Of a stretch of 64,000 nucleotides of DNA, positions 10,601 to 20,190 are shown piece after piece. The stretch's first letter is position 1. Every line of letters begins with the position of its first letter. A program made the position numbers and the translations under genes. The stretch is from an uncultured bacterium (lineage in GTDB: Bacteria > Armatimonadota > Abditibacteriia > Abditibacteriales > Abditibacteriaceae), in contig CAWJLW010000006.1 in NCBI GenBank assembly GCA_963843795.1, positions 1,240,001-1,304,000 on the forward strand, given 5' to 3'. The notes beneath the pieces are model-generated. The model had not been told where the DNA came from. It saw only the letters and a program-made list of their open reading frames with translations, and did no database searches.

Positions 10601-12316
10601 TTAAAACAAGAAATAACGCTGCGCCATCGGCAATTCACTCGCTGGTTCGCAAGTCAAAAGCTCGCCATCGGCGCGCACTTCATAGGTTTCGGGATTGACT
10701 TCAATCTTCGGCGTCGCGTCGTTGCGAATCATATCTTTCTTTGCAACGGCACGGCAATCTTTGACAGCCACTATCATCTTCTGCAGTTGCAAACGTTCCG
10801 GCAATCCGTCTTCAATGGCCTGCTGTGATAAAAACGTAGCGCAAGTACTTGCGGGCGCGCGACCGAAGGCTCCGAACATCGGGCGGCTCCACACTGGCTG
10901 CGGTGTGGGAATTGAAGCGTTGGCGTCGCCCATTTGACTATACGAAATCGCGCCGCCTTTGATAATTAAATCCGGCTTGACGCCGAAATACGCGGGCGAC
11001 CAGATCACTAAATCGGCCAATTTGCCGCTTTCAATCGAGCCGACCAGATGCGAAATGCCATGCGTGCGCGCCGGATTAATCGTATATTTGGCCAAGTAAC
11101 GCTTGATGCGTTCGTTATCGCCATCGAGCGTTTCTTCGCTTAAAGCGCCGCGTTGTTGCTTCATTTTGTGCGCGGTTTGCCAGGTGCGCGTGATAACTTC
11201 ACCGATGCGGCCCATCGCTTGGGAATCGCTGCTCATCATAGAAAGCGCGCCCAAATCGTGCAGAATATCTTCCGCCGCGATGGTTTCACCGCGAATGCGC
11301 GAATCAGCAAATGCCACGTCTTCGGGAATATCGGGGTCGAGATGATGGCACACCATTAACATATCCAAATGTTCTTCCAAGGTGTTCATCGTGTAAGGCC
11401 GCGTCGGGTTGGTCGAAGAAGGCAGCACATTGGGATAACCCGCGACTTCTAAAATGTCGGGCGCGTGGCCACCGCCCGCGCCTTCGGTATGGAAGGTGTG
11501 AATGGTGCGCCCATCAATCGCGCGCAGCGTGTCCTGCACGAAACCGGCTTCATTCAGCGTATCGGTGTGAATGGCGACCTGCACATCCATTTCATCCGCA
11601 ACGCGCAAGCAAGTATCAATCGCTTTGGGCGTGGTGCCCCAATCTTCGTGCAATTTCAGTCCGATGACTCCTGCAAGTACTTGCTCGCGCAGCGGCGCTT
11701 CGCTGCTGGCGTTGCCCTTGCCGAAAAAGCCCAAGTTCATCGCAAACGCTTCGGCACTTTCCAACATGCGTGCGATGTGCCAAGCGCCCGGCGTGCAAGT
11801 CGTGGCGAGTGTGCCATGCGCCGGGCCGGTGCCGCCGCCGAGCATCGTGGTGATGCCGGACGTGGCCGCGACTTCGATTTGTTGCGGACAGATGAAATGA
11901 ATGTGTGAATCTATCGCGCCTGGCGTGACGATTTTGCCTTCGCCCGCGATGACTTCCGTACCCGCGCCGACAATTAAATTCGGGTCAACACCATCTTGAA
12001 TATCGGGATTGCCCGCCTTGCCGATGCCCACAATGCGCCCATCGCGCAGGCCAATATCGGCTTTCACGATGCCCCAATGGTCAATAATCAGCGCGTTGGT
12101 AATGACGGTATCGAGCGTGCCATCATTGCGCCCTAAACGCGAATTTTGGCCCATGCCGTCGCGGATGACTTTGCCACCGCCGAATTTAATTTCTTCGCCG
12201 TAAACGGTGTGGTCTTTCTCTACGACTGCCCATAAATCGGTGTCGGCCAGTCGAACGCGGTCGCCGGTCGTCGGCCCGAACATCGCGGCATAGGCCGCGC
12301 GCGAAATGCGGCTCAT
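10601..12316 (-). CDS. ureC: Urease subunit alpha
   Basis: [52 protein letters not shown] and SSDSQAMGR. Confidence 0.98.
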   Translation of the reverse strand: MSRISRAAYAAMFGPTTGDRVRLADTDLWAVVEKDHTVYGEEIKFGGGKVIRDGMGQNSRLGRNDGTLDTVITNALIIDHWGIVKADIGLRDGRIVGIGKAGNPDIQDGVDPNLIVGAGTEVIAGEGKIVTPGAIDSHIHFICPQQIEVAATSGITTMLGGGTGPAHGTLATTCTPGAWHIARMLESAEAFAMNLGFFGKGNASSEAPLREQVLAGVIGLKLHEDWGTTPKAIDTCLRVADEMDVQVAIHTDTLNEAGFVQDTLRAIDGRTIHTFHTEGAGGGHAPDILEVAGYPNVLPSSTNPTRPYTMNTLEEHLDMLMVCHHLDPDIPEDVAFADSRIRGETIAAEDILHDLGALSMMSSDSQAMGRIGEVITRTWQTAHKMKQQRGALSEETLDGDNERIKRYLAKYTINPARTHGISHLVGSIESGKLADLVIWSPAYFGVKPDLIIKGGAISYSQMGDANASIPTPQPVWSRPMFGAFGRAPASTCATFLSQQAIEDGLPERLQLQKMIVAVKDCRAVAKKDMIRNDATPKIEVNPETYEVRADGELLTCEPASELPMAQRYFLF

Positions 12317-12678
12317 AATTGCTCCCACTTGTTCAAACGCTCGCGCGCTTCGCTGCAAGTACTTGCACCATCGCTGAGGCCATTCAAACCGAAAACTTTT
12401 TTCGCACCGCCGATTTCAACCAGCGTGATCATTTTGGTTTCGCCCGGTTCAAAACGCACCGCAGTTCCCGCCGCGATATCGAGACGCATATTGAAAGCGG
12501 CTTCGCGGTCGAACTGAAGGGCGCGATTGGTTTCGTAAAAGCAGAAATGCGAGCCGACTTGAATCGGACGGTCGCCGCTATTAGCAACTTCTATCTCGAT
12601 TGTCTGACGGTTCGCATTGAGTTCGAGAGTTTCGTCGGGAGTTTGAATTTCGCCGGGAGTGAACGGAGAATTTGTCAT
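12313..12678 (-). CDS. ureB: Urease subunit beta
   Basis: [16 protein letters not shown] and [16 protein letters not shown]; overlaps the ureC start by 4 bp. Confidence 0.95.
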   Translation of the reverse strand: MTNSPFTPGEIQTPDETLELNANRQTIEIEVANSGDRPIQVGSHFCFYETNRALQFDREAAFNMRLDIAAGTAVRFEPGETKMITLVEIGGAKKVFGLNGLSDGASTCSEARERLNKWEQL

Positions 12679-12679
12679 T

Positions 12680-13396
12680 TTAAAAATGAAACCACGGAAT
12701 TTCGATGCCTTGAATCCAGCAAAAGCCAACGATGCATGAAAGCACGCCCGCAAGTACTTGCGCGCCGGTGGAAAGCGCGTTTAAACGTTTGCCGCCCCAT
12801 GTTATCGCGCCACCTAAGACTCCGGCATAAGCCGTCATCGACATCAAAACGCCCACGCTGAAAAACAGCGTATATAAAATCACAGCGCCATAAGTTTGCG
12901 AAACCGCGACTAACGCTTGTCCGACAAACGCCGCTGTGCCCGCCGCGCCGTGTAACATTCCCATCCACAACGATCCGCGACCGGCGTGTGTGTGTGTTGT
13001 TCCGTCGGCGTGCGTGTGAGTAGAAATTTTGCCGTCCGCGCTGTCGAAGTTTTCAGAGCCGTAATGATGATGATCGTGTGTGTGATGCCCGTGTCCGGGC
13101 ATCAATTGTAGCAGTGTCCAGATGCCAAGGCCGAGCAGAGCGAAGCCGACTAATTTTTCCAGCCCGCCCGAAGCCGTTTCGCTGATAGTAAGCTTCAGCG
13201 CGAACAAAATCAGACCGATGACAAACAAGCTGAAACCATGTCCAATGGCCCACTGCATTCCGAACTTTGCCGCTTGACGCGGCGAGGGGCGTCGCGCGAC
13301 GAAAGTTGTGACTGCCGTCATGTGATCCGGCTCGAAAGCGTGTGCGGCACCCAGCAGAAACGCGGTGCCATAAACTACCAACCAGTGCATATCCAA
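12680..13396 (-). CDS. UreH/HoxN-like nickel transporter (urease accessory membrane protein)
   Basis: [16 protein letters not shown], His-rich loop, GMLHGAAGT; about 6 TM segments; adjacent to ureB. Confidence 0.8.
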   Translation of the reverse strand: MDMHWLVVYGTAFLLGAAHAFEPDHMTAVTTFVARRPSPRQAAKFGMQWAIGHGFSLFVIGLILFALKLTISETASGGLEKLVGFALLGLGIWTLLQLMPGHGHHTHDHHHYGSENFDSADGKISTHTHADGTTHTHAGRGSLWMGMLHGAAGTAAFVGQALVAVSQTYGAVILYTLFFSVGVLMSMTAYAGVLGGAITWGGKRLNALSTGAQVLAGVLSCIVGFCWIQGIEIPWFHF

Positions 13397-13442
13397 AGCG
13401 GCCTCCCCTCAAACGCAAATAGTTTATCTATTTCGCTCGGAG

Positions 13443-13546
13443 GCGCAGAGTTTTCGCAGAGTGCGCAAAGGTTTTTAAAGAAATTTTTTCTGGCAAGTAC
13501 TTGCCATATCTAATTCTCTCCAAAATTTTCTGCGAAAAATCTGCGA
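13443..13546. repeat. Imperfect inverted-repeat element (CGCAGAG-type arms) carrying TGGCAAGTACTTGCCA
   Basis: CGCAGAGTTTTCGCAGA ... TCTGCGAAAAATCTGCG arms; shares 21 bp TTTTTTCTGGCAAGTACTTGC with the 45765-45868 element. Confidence 0.6.
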
Positions 13547-13558
13547 GAAACGGGAAGC

Positions 13559-14263
13559 CTACACCGTTAAATGACTGCGCACCACGTCATCGCTCAATTC
13601 GTGCGGCGCGCCTTGCGCCACAACGGTGCCTTTATCCAAAACGTACGAATAATCGGCGATTGTCGTGGCGAATTCTAAACTTTGTTCGACTAAAACTACT
13701 GCCATATCTCCGCGCTTTTTCAATTTTTCAATCGCGCGCTCGATTTCCATTACCACCGAAGGCTGAATGCCTTCCATCGGCTCATCCAACAACAAGAGTT
13801 GCGGATTGGAAACCAGCGCGCGGCCAATCGCTAATTGTTGTTGTTGACCACCGCTGAGGCTGCCGCCTTTGCGATGCAGCATTTTGCCCAGCATCGGAAA
13901 CATATCGAACGCGATGTCGGGAACGATTTGGTCGCGGGCGCGCTTGCCGGGAATGGCCTCCAATCCGAGCAGTAGATTTTCCTCAACGCTCATTTGCGGA
14001 AAAATTTCGCGACCCTGCGGCACATAGGCGATGCCAGCGCGCGCCCGTTTATCCGTGCTTTGCTTGGTAATGTCGTCTTGCTGCCACCAAACTTGGCCTT
14101 GCGTGGGCCGCAACAAGCCCATGATGGTTTTCAACAAAGTCGTTTTGCCGACACCGTTGCGACCCATAATACAAACGCACTGACCGTTTTCGACCCGTGC
14201 ACTGAGATCGCGCAGAACGGGGCCACCACTATAACCGACTTCGAGATTTTTGATTTGTAACAT
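13559..14263 (-). CDS. urtE: Urea ABC transporter ATP-binding subunit
   Basis: GRNGVGKTT, YVPQGREIFP and LSGGQQQQLAIGRAL; operon position. Confidence 0.92.
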   Translation of the reverse strand: MLQIKNLEVGYSGGPVLRDLSARVENGQCVCIMGRNGVGKTTLLKTIMGLLRPTQGQVWWQQDDITKQSTDKRARAGIAYVPQGREIFPQMSVEENLLLGLEAIPGKRARDQIVPDIAFDMFPMLGKMLHRKGGSLSGGQQQQLAIGRALVSNPQLLLLDEPMEGIQPSVVMEIERAIEKLKKRGDMAVVLVEQSLEFATTIADYSYVLDKGTVVAQGAPHELSDDVVRSHLTV

Positions 14264-14305
14264 AAGTTGCACTTCGTGTGCTGCAAGTACTTGCAGCATC
14301 GAAAA

Positions 14306-15154
14306 TCACTCCGCTTCCACGCGCCGTCCCAGATACACATCTTTCACTTGTTCATTCGCCTGCACTTCGTCCATCGAGCCTTCGCAGAGTATTTTACCTT
14401 CGTGCATCACTGTCACACGGTGCGCGAAGCGGCGCACAAATTCCATGTCGTGTTCGACGACCAAAATCGAATGTTGCGCGGCGATGCGGTGCAACAGTTC
14501 GCCCATTTGTTCGGTTTCGTGATCGGTCATGCCCGCAGCGGGTTCGTCCAATAAAATGGCTTCAGGTTCCATCATCAAAATCATGCCGATTTCCAGCCAT
14601 TGTTTTTCACCGTGCGATAACGAACCGGCCATGATGTCGGCGCGTTCGGTTAATCCGACAGTTTCTAAACAATTGTTTACGCGCTCACCCGTTTTATCCG
14701 TGCGCTTGATTCGCAGATTGTGCCACACGCCGCGCGGATTTTTAGCGCATAAACCCAGATTCTCACGCGCGGTTAAAGACAGAAAAACCGATGGTGCTTG
14801 AAATTTGCGTCCGACGCCCAGACGCGCGATTTGGTGTTCCTGTAAACGCGTCAAATCGCGCTGGTTTTTGAAAACGACGCGGCCCGCTGTGGGTTTGGTG
14901 CGTCCGCACATCACGTCCAAAAGCGTCGTTTTTCCGGCTCCGTTGGGGCCGATGAGAAAGCGCACTTCGCCTAAATTAAGAGCGAAATTTAGGTCTTGCA
15001 CGGCTTTAAATCCATCGAAATCGACCGTCACATTTTCTGCGCGCAGAATGTCTTGCGCGTCCTTTAAGATGTCGCAAGTACTTGCAGGTGAGTTTCCAAG
15101 CCTTTCAGTTGTCGAGGATGGGTTGAGATTCGAGTTTGCCGGTGAATTGTTCAT
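14306..15154 (-). CDS. urtD: Urea ABC transporter ATP-binding subunit
   Basis: FDGFKAV, GPNGAGKTT, GRKFQ and LSHGEKQWLEIGM; start uncertain. Confidence 0.92.
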   Translation of the reverse strand: MNNSPANSNLNPSSTTERLGNSPASTCDILKDAQDILRAENVTVDFDGFKAVQDLNFALNLGEVRFLIGPNGAGKTTLLDVMCGRTKPTAGRVVFKNQRDLTRLQEHQIARLGVGRKFQAPSVFLSLTARENLGLCAKNPRGVWHNLRIKRTDKTGERVNNCLETVGLTERADIMAGSLSHGEKQWLEIGMILMMEPEAILLDEPAAGMTDHETEQMGELLHRIAAQHSILVVEHDMEFVRRFAHRVTVMHEGKILCEGSMDEVQANEQVKDVYLGRRVEAE

Positions 15155-16229
15155 TGGTTTGTTGTTTGCGTTGTAGCCATTTATCATTCAGGTCGCACCA
15201 CAAGCCGACAATGCCTTTGGGCATGAAAAGCACGGTCAGTAAAAAGCCGAAGCCGAGAAAATACTGCCACTGTGTCGGGAAACTTTCGCTGAGGAATGTT
15301 TCGCCGCTGCTTACTAATAACGCGCCGATCACCGCGCCGATCAAGGTACCACGTCCGCCGATGGCGACCCATAAAACGGCTTTGATCGAATTGGTAATGT
15401 CCATTTGCGAGGGCGTTATCAGGCCGACTTGCAAGACGAAGAGCATTCCAGCCAATCCCGCGAATAACGCCGATAGAGCATAGACGAAAATTTTATAAGC
15501 GGCGGGGTCGTAGCCGGTGAAGCGCACGCGGTTTTCGCCATCGCGTACCGCAACCAAAATGCGTCCGATTTTGCCATTCACCAGGGCGCGCGCCCCGAAA
15601 TATGTCGCGGCCAAAGCGACGAGCGTTATCCAATACAAAACGTGCTGCGTGCTCACGGCATTGAGATCGTGCCCGAGAATGGTTTTGAAGTCGGTCATGC
15701 CATTGGTGCCACCGGTGAAACCCTGCTGGCCGATGAACAAAGTCACCATCACAACGGCGAGCGCTTGCGAAAGAATCGAAAAGAATACGCCCGTCACGCG
15801 CGAACGAAACGAGAAGAAGCCCAGCGCGGTGGCAAAAATCGTCGGAATTAATAGAGCGCCTAAAATTGCCACAATGGGAAATTGGAAGGGTTGCCACCAT
15901 ACGGGCATGGTATCGACGCCGCTCCACGCCATAAAATCGGGCATTTTGCCGCCACTGGCTTCCAATTTCAAATACATCGCCGTGCAGTAAGCGCCCAATC
16001 CGAAATAAACGCCGTGTCCCAGGCTGAGGATGCCGGTGTAACCCCAGATCAAATCAATGCCGATGGCGAAAATCGCGTAGCACAAAAATCGTCCTAATAA
16101 TGCCAGGCGAAAATCGGGAATCGTGGGGATTAACGGTAAAGCCGCCAAAGCGATAAAACACAAAGCGCCGATCAATAGCGCCCACGATTTTCGCGGGACG
16201 GCTGGTTTGGCAGATAAAAGTTTGGACAT
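15105..16229 (-). CDS. urtC: Urea ABC transporter permease
   Basis: DLIWGYTGILSLGHGVYFGLGAY, MPDFM and RDGENRVRFTGY. Confidence 0.92.
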   Translation of the reverse strand: MSKLLSAKPAVPRKSWALLIGALCFIALAALPLIPTIPDFRLALLGRFLCYAIFAIGIDLIWGYTGILSLGHGVYFGLGAYCTAMYLKLEASGGKMPDFMAWSGVDTMPVWWQPFQFPIVAILGALLIPTIFATALGFFSFRSRVTGVFFSILSQALAVVMVTLFIGQQGFTGGTNGMTDFKTILGHDLNAVSTQHVLYWITLVALAATYFGARALVNGKIGRILVAVRDGENRVRFTGYDPAAYKIFVYALSALFAGLAGMLFVLQVGLITPSQMDITNSIKAVLWVAIGGRGTLIGAVIGALLVSSGETFLSESFPTQWQYFLGFGFLLTVLFMPKGIVGLWCDLNDKWLQRKQQTNEQFTGKLESQPILDN

Positions 16230-16295
16230 AAAAATTTTATTCAGAAATTGGTAATGGTCGCGGTGCAAGTACTTGCACCGCGATTCGGGCGCAGT

Positions 16296-17198
16296 TCAAT
16301 CCAATGCGCGCGTTTTGGTCGCAAATAAACCTTGTGGTTTCCACTGCAAAAACGCGATTACACAGACAAATGTGAGCACTTTGCCAAGCGAGGCCGTGGT
16401 TTCGTATTCCCACAGCGTATTCAAAGAACCCATTCCTAAGGCTCCGGCGAAGGTGCCGACCAAACGTCCGACGCCGCCCAAAACCACTACCATGAAGGAA
16501 TCGACGATGTATTTGGTGCCCATATTGGAATCAATTGAACCCAATAGTGTCAGCGCACCACCGGCCACACCGGCCAGACCTGAACCAACAGCGAAGGCGA
16601 GGGCGTCGATGCGGCGCGTCGAAATTCCTAAACACGCGGCCATACTGCGGTTTTGCATCACGGCCAAAATGCGTCGGCCATTGGAACTGTTATAGAGAAA
16701 TAGATACATCCCGAACAGGCAGGTCAGAGCAGTGCCGATAATGAAGAGACGCGTATAAGGCATCACCATCGTTGTCCACGTCAATTGGCCGTTTAGCCAA
16801 GGCGGGGCTTTCACATTGACGCCTAAAGAGCCAAAAATCGAGCGCGCGGCCTGTTGCAAAATGATGCTCACCCCCCACGTCGCCAAAAGCGTGTCCAATG
16901 GGCGACCATAAAGGCGGCGCACGACAATCGCTTCCAACGCCCAGCCCATCAACGCGGTGACAATGAAAGCAAAGGGTAATGCTAGAAGCAACGACCATGG
17001 CGCGAGAGCGGGCAGATACTGCGCGCAAATACCCTGCGTCACAAAAGCAGCATAAGCGCCTGCCATAATGAACTCCCCGTGCGCCATGTTGATGACACGC
17101 ATCAAACCAAAAGTGATCGCCAAACCCAGCGCGATTAAAAGCAAAATCGAACCTAAGCTAATCGAATTGAAGAGGTTGGAGAGAAAAGCGGTTTCCAT
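16296..17198 (-). CDS. urtB: Urea ABC transporter permease
   Basis: LGSILLLIALGLAITFGLMRVINMAHGEF and LYGRPLDTLLATWG. Confidence 0.92.
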   Translation of the reverse strand: METAFLSNLFNSISLGSILLLIALGLAITFGLMRVINMAHGEFIMAGAYAAFVTQGICAQYLPALAPWSLLLALPFAFIVTALMGWALEAIVVRRLYGRPLDTLLATWGVSIILQQAARSIFGSLGVNVKAPPWLNGQLTWTTMVMPYTRLFIIGTALTCLFGMYLFLYNSSNGRRILAVMQNRSMAACLGISTRRIDALAFAVGSGLAGVAGGALTLLGSIDSNMGTKYIVDSFMVVVLGGVGRLVGTFAGALGMGSLNTLWEYETTASLGKVLTFVCVIAFLQWKPQGLFATKTRALD

Positions 17199-17315
17199 AA
17201 AAAGAGAGGAGAAATGAGAAATGAGAGGAGAGATGCTCAGCAAGTACTTGCGGGTGAAGAAAGAGCGCTACAAGCCGTTTCTCTTTTCCTACTTCTCCCC
17301 TCCCATCTCTTTTTC

Positions 17316-18644
17316 TTACGAAGTCTTGAGTTTGTCCTTCAGGCCAGCGGCCCACGGATAGCCATCGAGATACGGGTCGGGCTTGACCGGCTCGCCGGAA
17401 TTCCACACTTCTTTGAACATACCGTCGGGCTGCACGACACCGATGCGCGCGGTTTTATACATGTGTTGGGTTTTGCCGTCGATTTTGACCTGGCCGCCGG
17501 GAGCGTCGAAGGTAATGCCGTCGCAAGCAGCGCGCACTTTGTCTACATCGAACGAACCGGCTTTTTCGACTGCGGCTTTCCACAGATAAACGCCGAAGTA
17601 GCCAGCTTCCATCGGGTCGTCGGTGACGGGAGTTTGGGGATACATCTTTTTGTAGTCGGCGACCCACTTTTTATTCTCGGGTGTGCTGGTGGTCTGGAAA
17701 TAGTTCCACGCCGCCCAGTGGCCGACCAAGTTGGCCGGGCCAATTGCTTGAACTTCGGGTTCGGCAATGGAAACCGACATCGTCGGCATATCTTTGGCCG
17801 ATAATCCAGCGGCTTTCATCTGCTTGAAAAATGCCACGTTCGAATCTCCATTCAAGGAATTGAACACGACATCCGGCTTGGCGGCTTTGATTTTATCAAC
17901 CAGAGTCGCGTAATCGGTGTGGCCCAGCGGCGTGTATTGCTCATCGACTAAAGTCGCGCCCATCGCTTTTAGCTGAGCCTTGATTTCGGCGTTCGCAGTG
18001 CGTGGGAACACGTAATCGGAGCCAAGCAGATAAAACTTCTTTAAGCCTTTTTCTTTAATTAGCCAGGTCACAGCGGGCGTGATTTGCTGGTTGGTCGTCG
18101 CGCCGGTATAGAAAATGTTGGGCGATGTTTCCATGCCTTCGTATTGCACTGGATACCAAAGCAAACCGTTATATTTCTCGAAGGTTGGAAGGACGGTTTT
18201 GCGCGAGACGCTCGTCCAGCAACCGAATACGGCAGCGACTTTGTCCTGTGTTAAGAGTTTTTCGGCTTTGGTTTTGAAGGTCGGCCAATCGCTGGCGCCA
18301 TCTTCAACAATCGGCTCGATTTGTTTGCCCATTACGCCGCCGCTATCGTTGATTTCTTTGATTGCCATCATTTCGGCGTCTTTGACCGAAGTTTCAGAAA
18401 TCGCCATCGTGCCCGAAAGCGAATGCAAAAGGCCGACTTTCACTTTATCGCCGTTAACATCTGGCGACACGGCATCGCCGCTGGCCATCTTGGTTTCATT
18501 GCCCGTTGAAGCCGTTGCATCGCCGCTGCCCGCGTTGGTTTGGGCCGAACCACAGCCACCCAAGCCCAGTGCGAATACCGATAAAGCCGCGCCTAACCAG
18601 AATTTAGTGGGCGGATTGACTGTTGTCGTAATCCAACTTCTCAT
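17316..18644 (-). CDS. urtA: Urea ABC transporter substrate-binding lipoprotein
   Basis: Lipobox-like [39 protein letters not shown] and YPVQYEG. Confidence 0.95.
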   Translation of the reverse strand: MRSWITTTVNPPTKFWLGAALSVFALGLGGCGSAQTNAGSGDATASTGNETKMASGDAVSPDVNGDKVKVGLLHSLSGTMAISETSVKDAEMMAIKEINDSGGVMGKQIEPIVEDGASDWPTFKTKAEKLLTQDKVAAVFGCWTSVSRKTVLPTFEKYNGLLWYPVQYEGMETSPNIFYTGATTNQQITPAVTWLIKEKGLKKFYLLGSDYVFPRTANAEIKAQLKAMGATLVDEQYTPLGHTDYATLVDKIKAAKPDVVFNSLNGDSNVAFFKQMKAAGLSAKDMPTMSVSIAEPEVQAIGPANLVGHWAAWNYFQTTSTPENKKWVADYKKMYPQTPVTDDPMEAGYFGVYLWKAAVEKAGSFDVDKVRAACDGITFDAPGGQVKIDGKTQHMYKTARIGVVQPDGMFKEVWNSGEPVKPDPYLDGYPWAAGLKDKLKTS

Positions 18645-19142
18645 TAATTGCTCTCCGTAAAATTTGCGAATTTTGCGTCGCACCTTAAAAGTGCGGAACA
18701 GGCGCGACGACACTGTTCAAAATTCTAAGCGCCAAAAATTTCGGTCGCGTTAAGAAAACGTAAACGAAAAGTGTTTTTTAGGTTTCAATTGGCCGCAAAA
18801 CAGTTCTTCCGCGCCCGAAATTTCGGAACTGGCGCTGGCAAAGTCGGGAAATTAGCGACGTATTTATGCTGGCGTTATAAGGAAGGCGGGGAATCGACGG
18901 CGATTTGTTGGCCGATTAATCTGACGAAATGCGGCTTCGAAACTTGAAATCAACGCAAAGTTTTTCTATTGCACACGTCAGAGAAACATTTTTGAAACAT
19001 CTCTGGGCTAAATTTTGTGCAACGCCGCCAATAAGGGTGCAAAAGGCGTCGCGATGCGGGGCTGGAAACATGGAAACAGACCCCAAACATCGCAACGCCC
19101 AAGTACGATTATGTAGTGGCCATTATTTTTGGAGGTTGCATT

Positions 19143-19967
19143 TTGAGCAACAACATTTTGAGCAGCAAAAACTTGATGATGCGTCGTAGCGTTTTGGCCA
19201 GTGGCGCGCTGATGATGGCGCTGGGCGCCAGCCTGACGGTGGGTAGTGAAAAAGCCTCGGCCACTCCCGCTGGTTTGTCGAACTACCCTTCGACCGATAT
19301 TTACACCAAGCACAACTACCATTTTGACGCCGATACTTTCACCGATACCAGCGGCGACAGCCTGGGCACTTCGATGGGCTTAACTTATGGTCTTGGCCCG
19401 GAGCGCGATGGGGTTTTCGGCCGCAGCGAAATTGGCTTTGATTATGTGAGTTCTGCTGGTGGCGGCATTAATTTCGGCAAGCGCTTGTTGGCTAACGGCA
19501 AAACACAGTTGTACAACAACGATGCTTCGCAAACGCGTGTCGTTGCGGGCTTTTATGGCGTGGGCAGCAAAGCTATCGGAGCTGGCAACTGGATTTACTT
19601 GCTGGGTGCCAAAGCCTTTGATTTTGGGCGGGTTCACGTTGGAGTAGCACATGCGCTGCGCGATAGTGTGGTTACTGGGAATCAAACTGTGCTCCAACTG
19701 GGCTACGATAAAGCGTTGAACAAAGATTTTATCTTCGCTGTAGATTACCAGAGTGGAAGCGGTCAATTCATTGCGCCGGGCATTATCTACAACATCAACG
19801 ATAAAGCTGGCATTCAAGTTTCTTATCTGCGTGGCGGCAGCCAAATCGGCCCACGCAACCAGATTTACTTCGGCTTCGATTACAACTTCGGCAAAGTCGG
19901 TGCGCCAGCCACTGAAGGCGGCGGAGCCACTGACGGCGTCGGCGGTGCTGGTGGCGGCGGCGGTTAA
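19143..19967 (+). CDS. Secreted, probable outer-membrane beta-barrel-like hypothetical protein
   Basis: GGAGG RBS before TTG at 19143; signal peptide; amphipathic strands ending IYFGFDYNF, then a Gly-rich tail. Confidence 0.55.
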   Translation: MSNNILSSKNLMMRRSVLASGALMMALGASLTVGSEKASATPAGLSNYPSTDIYTKHNYHFDADTFTDTSGDSLGTSMGLTYGLGPERDGVFGRSEIGFDYVSSAGGGINFGKRLLANGKTQLYNNDASQTRVVAGFYGVGSKAIGAGNWIYLLGAKAFDFGRVHVGVAHALRDSVVTGNQTVLQLGYDKALNKDFIFAVDYQSGSGQFIAPGIIYNINDKAGIQVSYLRGGSQIGPRNQIYFGFDYNFGKVGAPATEGGGATDGVGGAGGGGG

Positions 19968-20190
19968 TTTGTCACTGCGAAACTGTAAATAGCGTCCTGG
20001 TAAGTACTTGCCAAGACGCTGGTTGATAAGCGGGCGATAAAAACGAGATAGTGTCTGAGAGTGCTACAATAAAAGTGGGCCGTTGATTGCCTTTTTAGGT
20101 GTTGACGGTCCACTTTTTGATTTTTGTAGCTCGCCGCTCACACTTTGTCTTGCACATCCTGAAAACTGTGGGCGGCGCAAGGAAACTTTT

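Noticed and set aside
18720..19130. GlnR/TnrA, NtcA or sigma54 sites upstream of urtA
   Set aside because: I could not find a convincing consensus match by eye.
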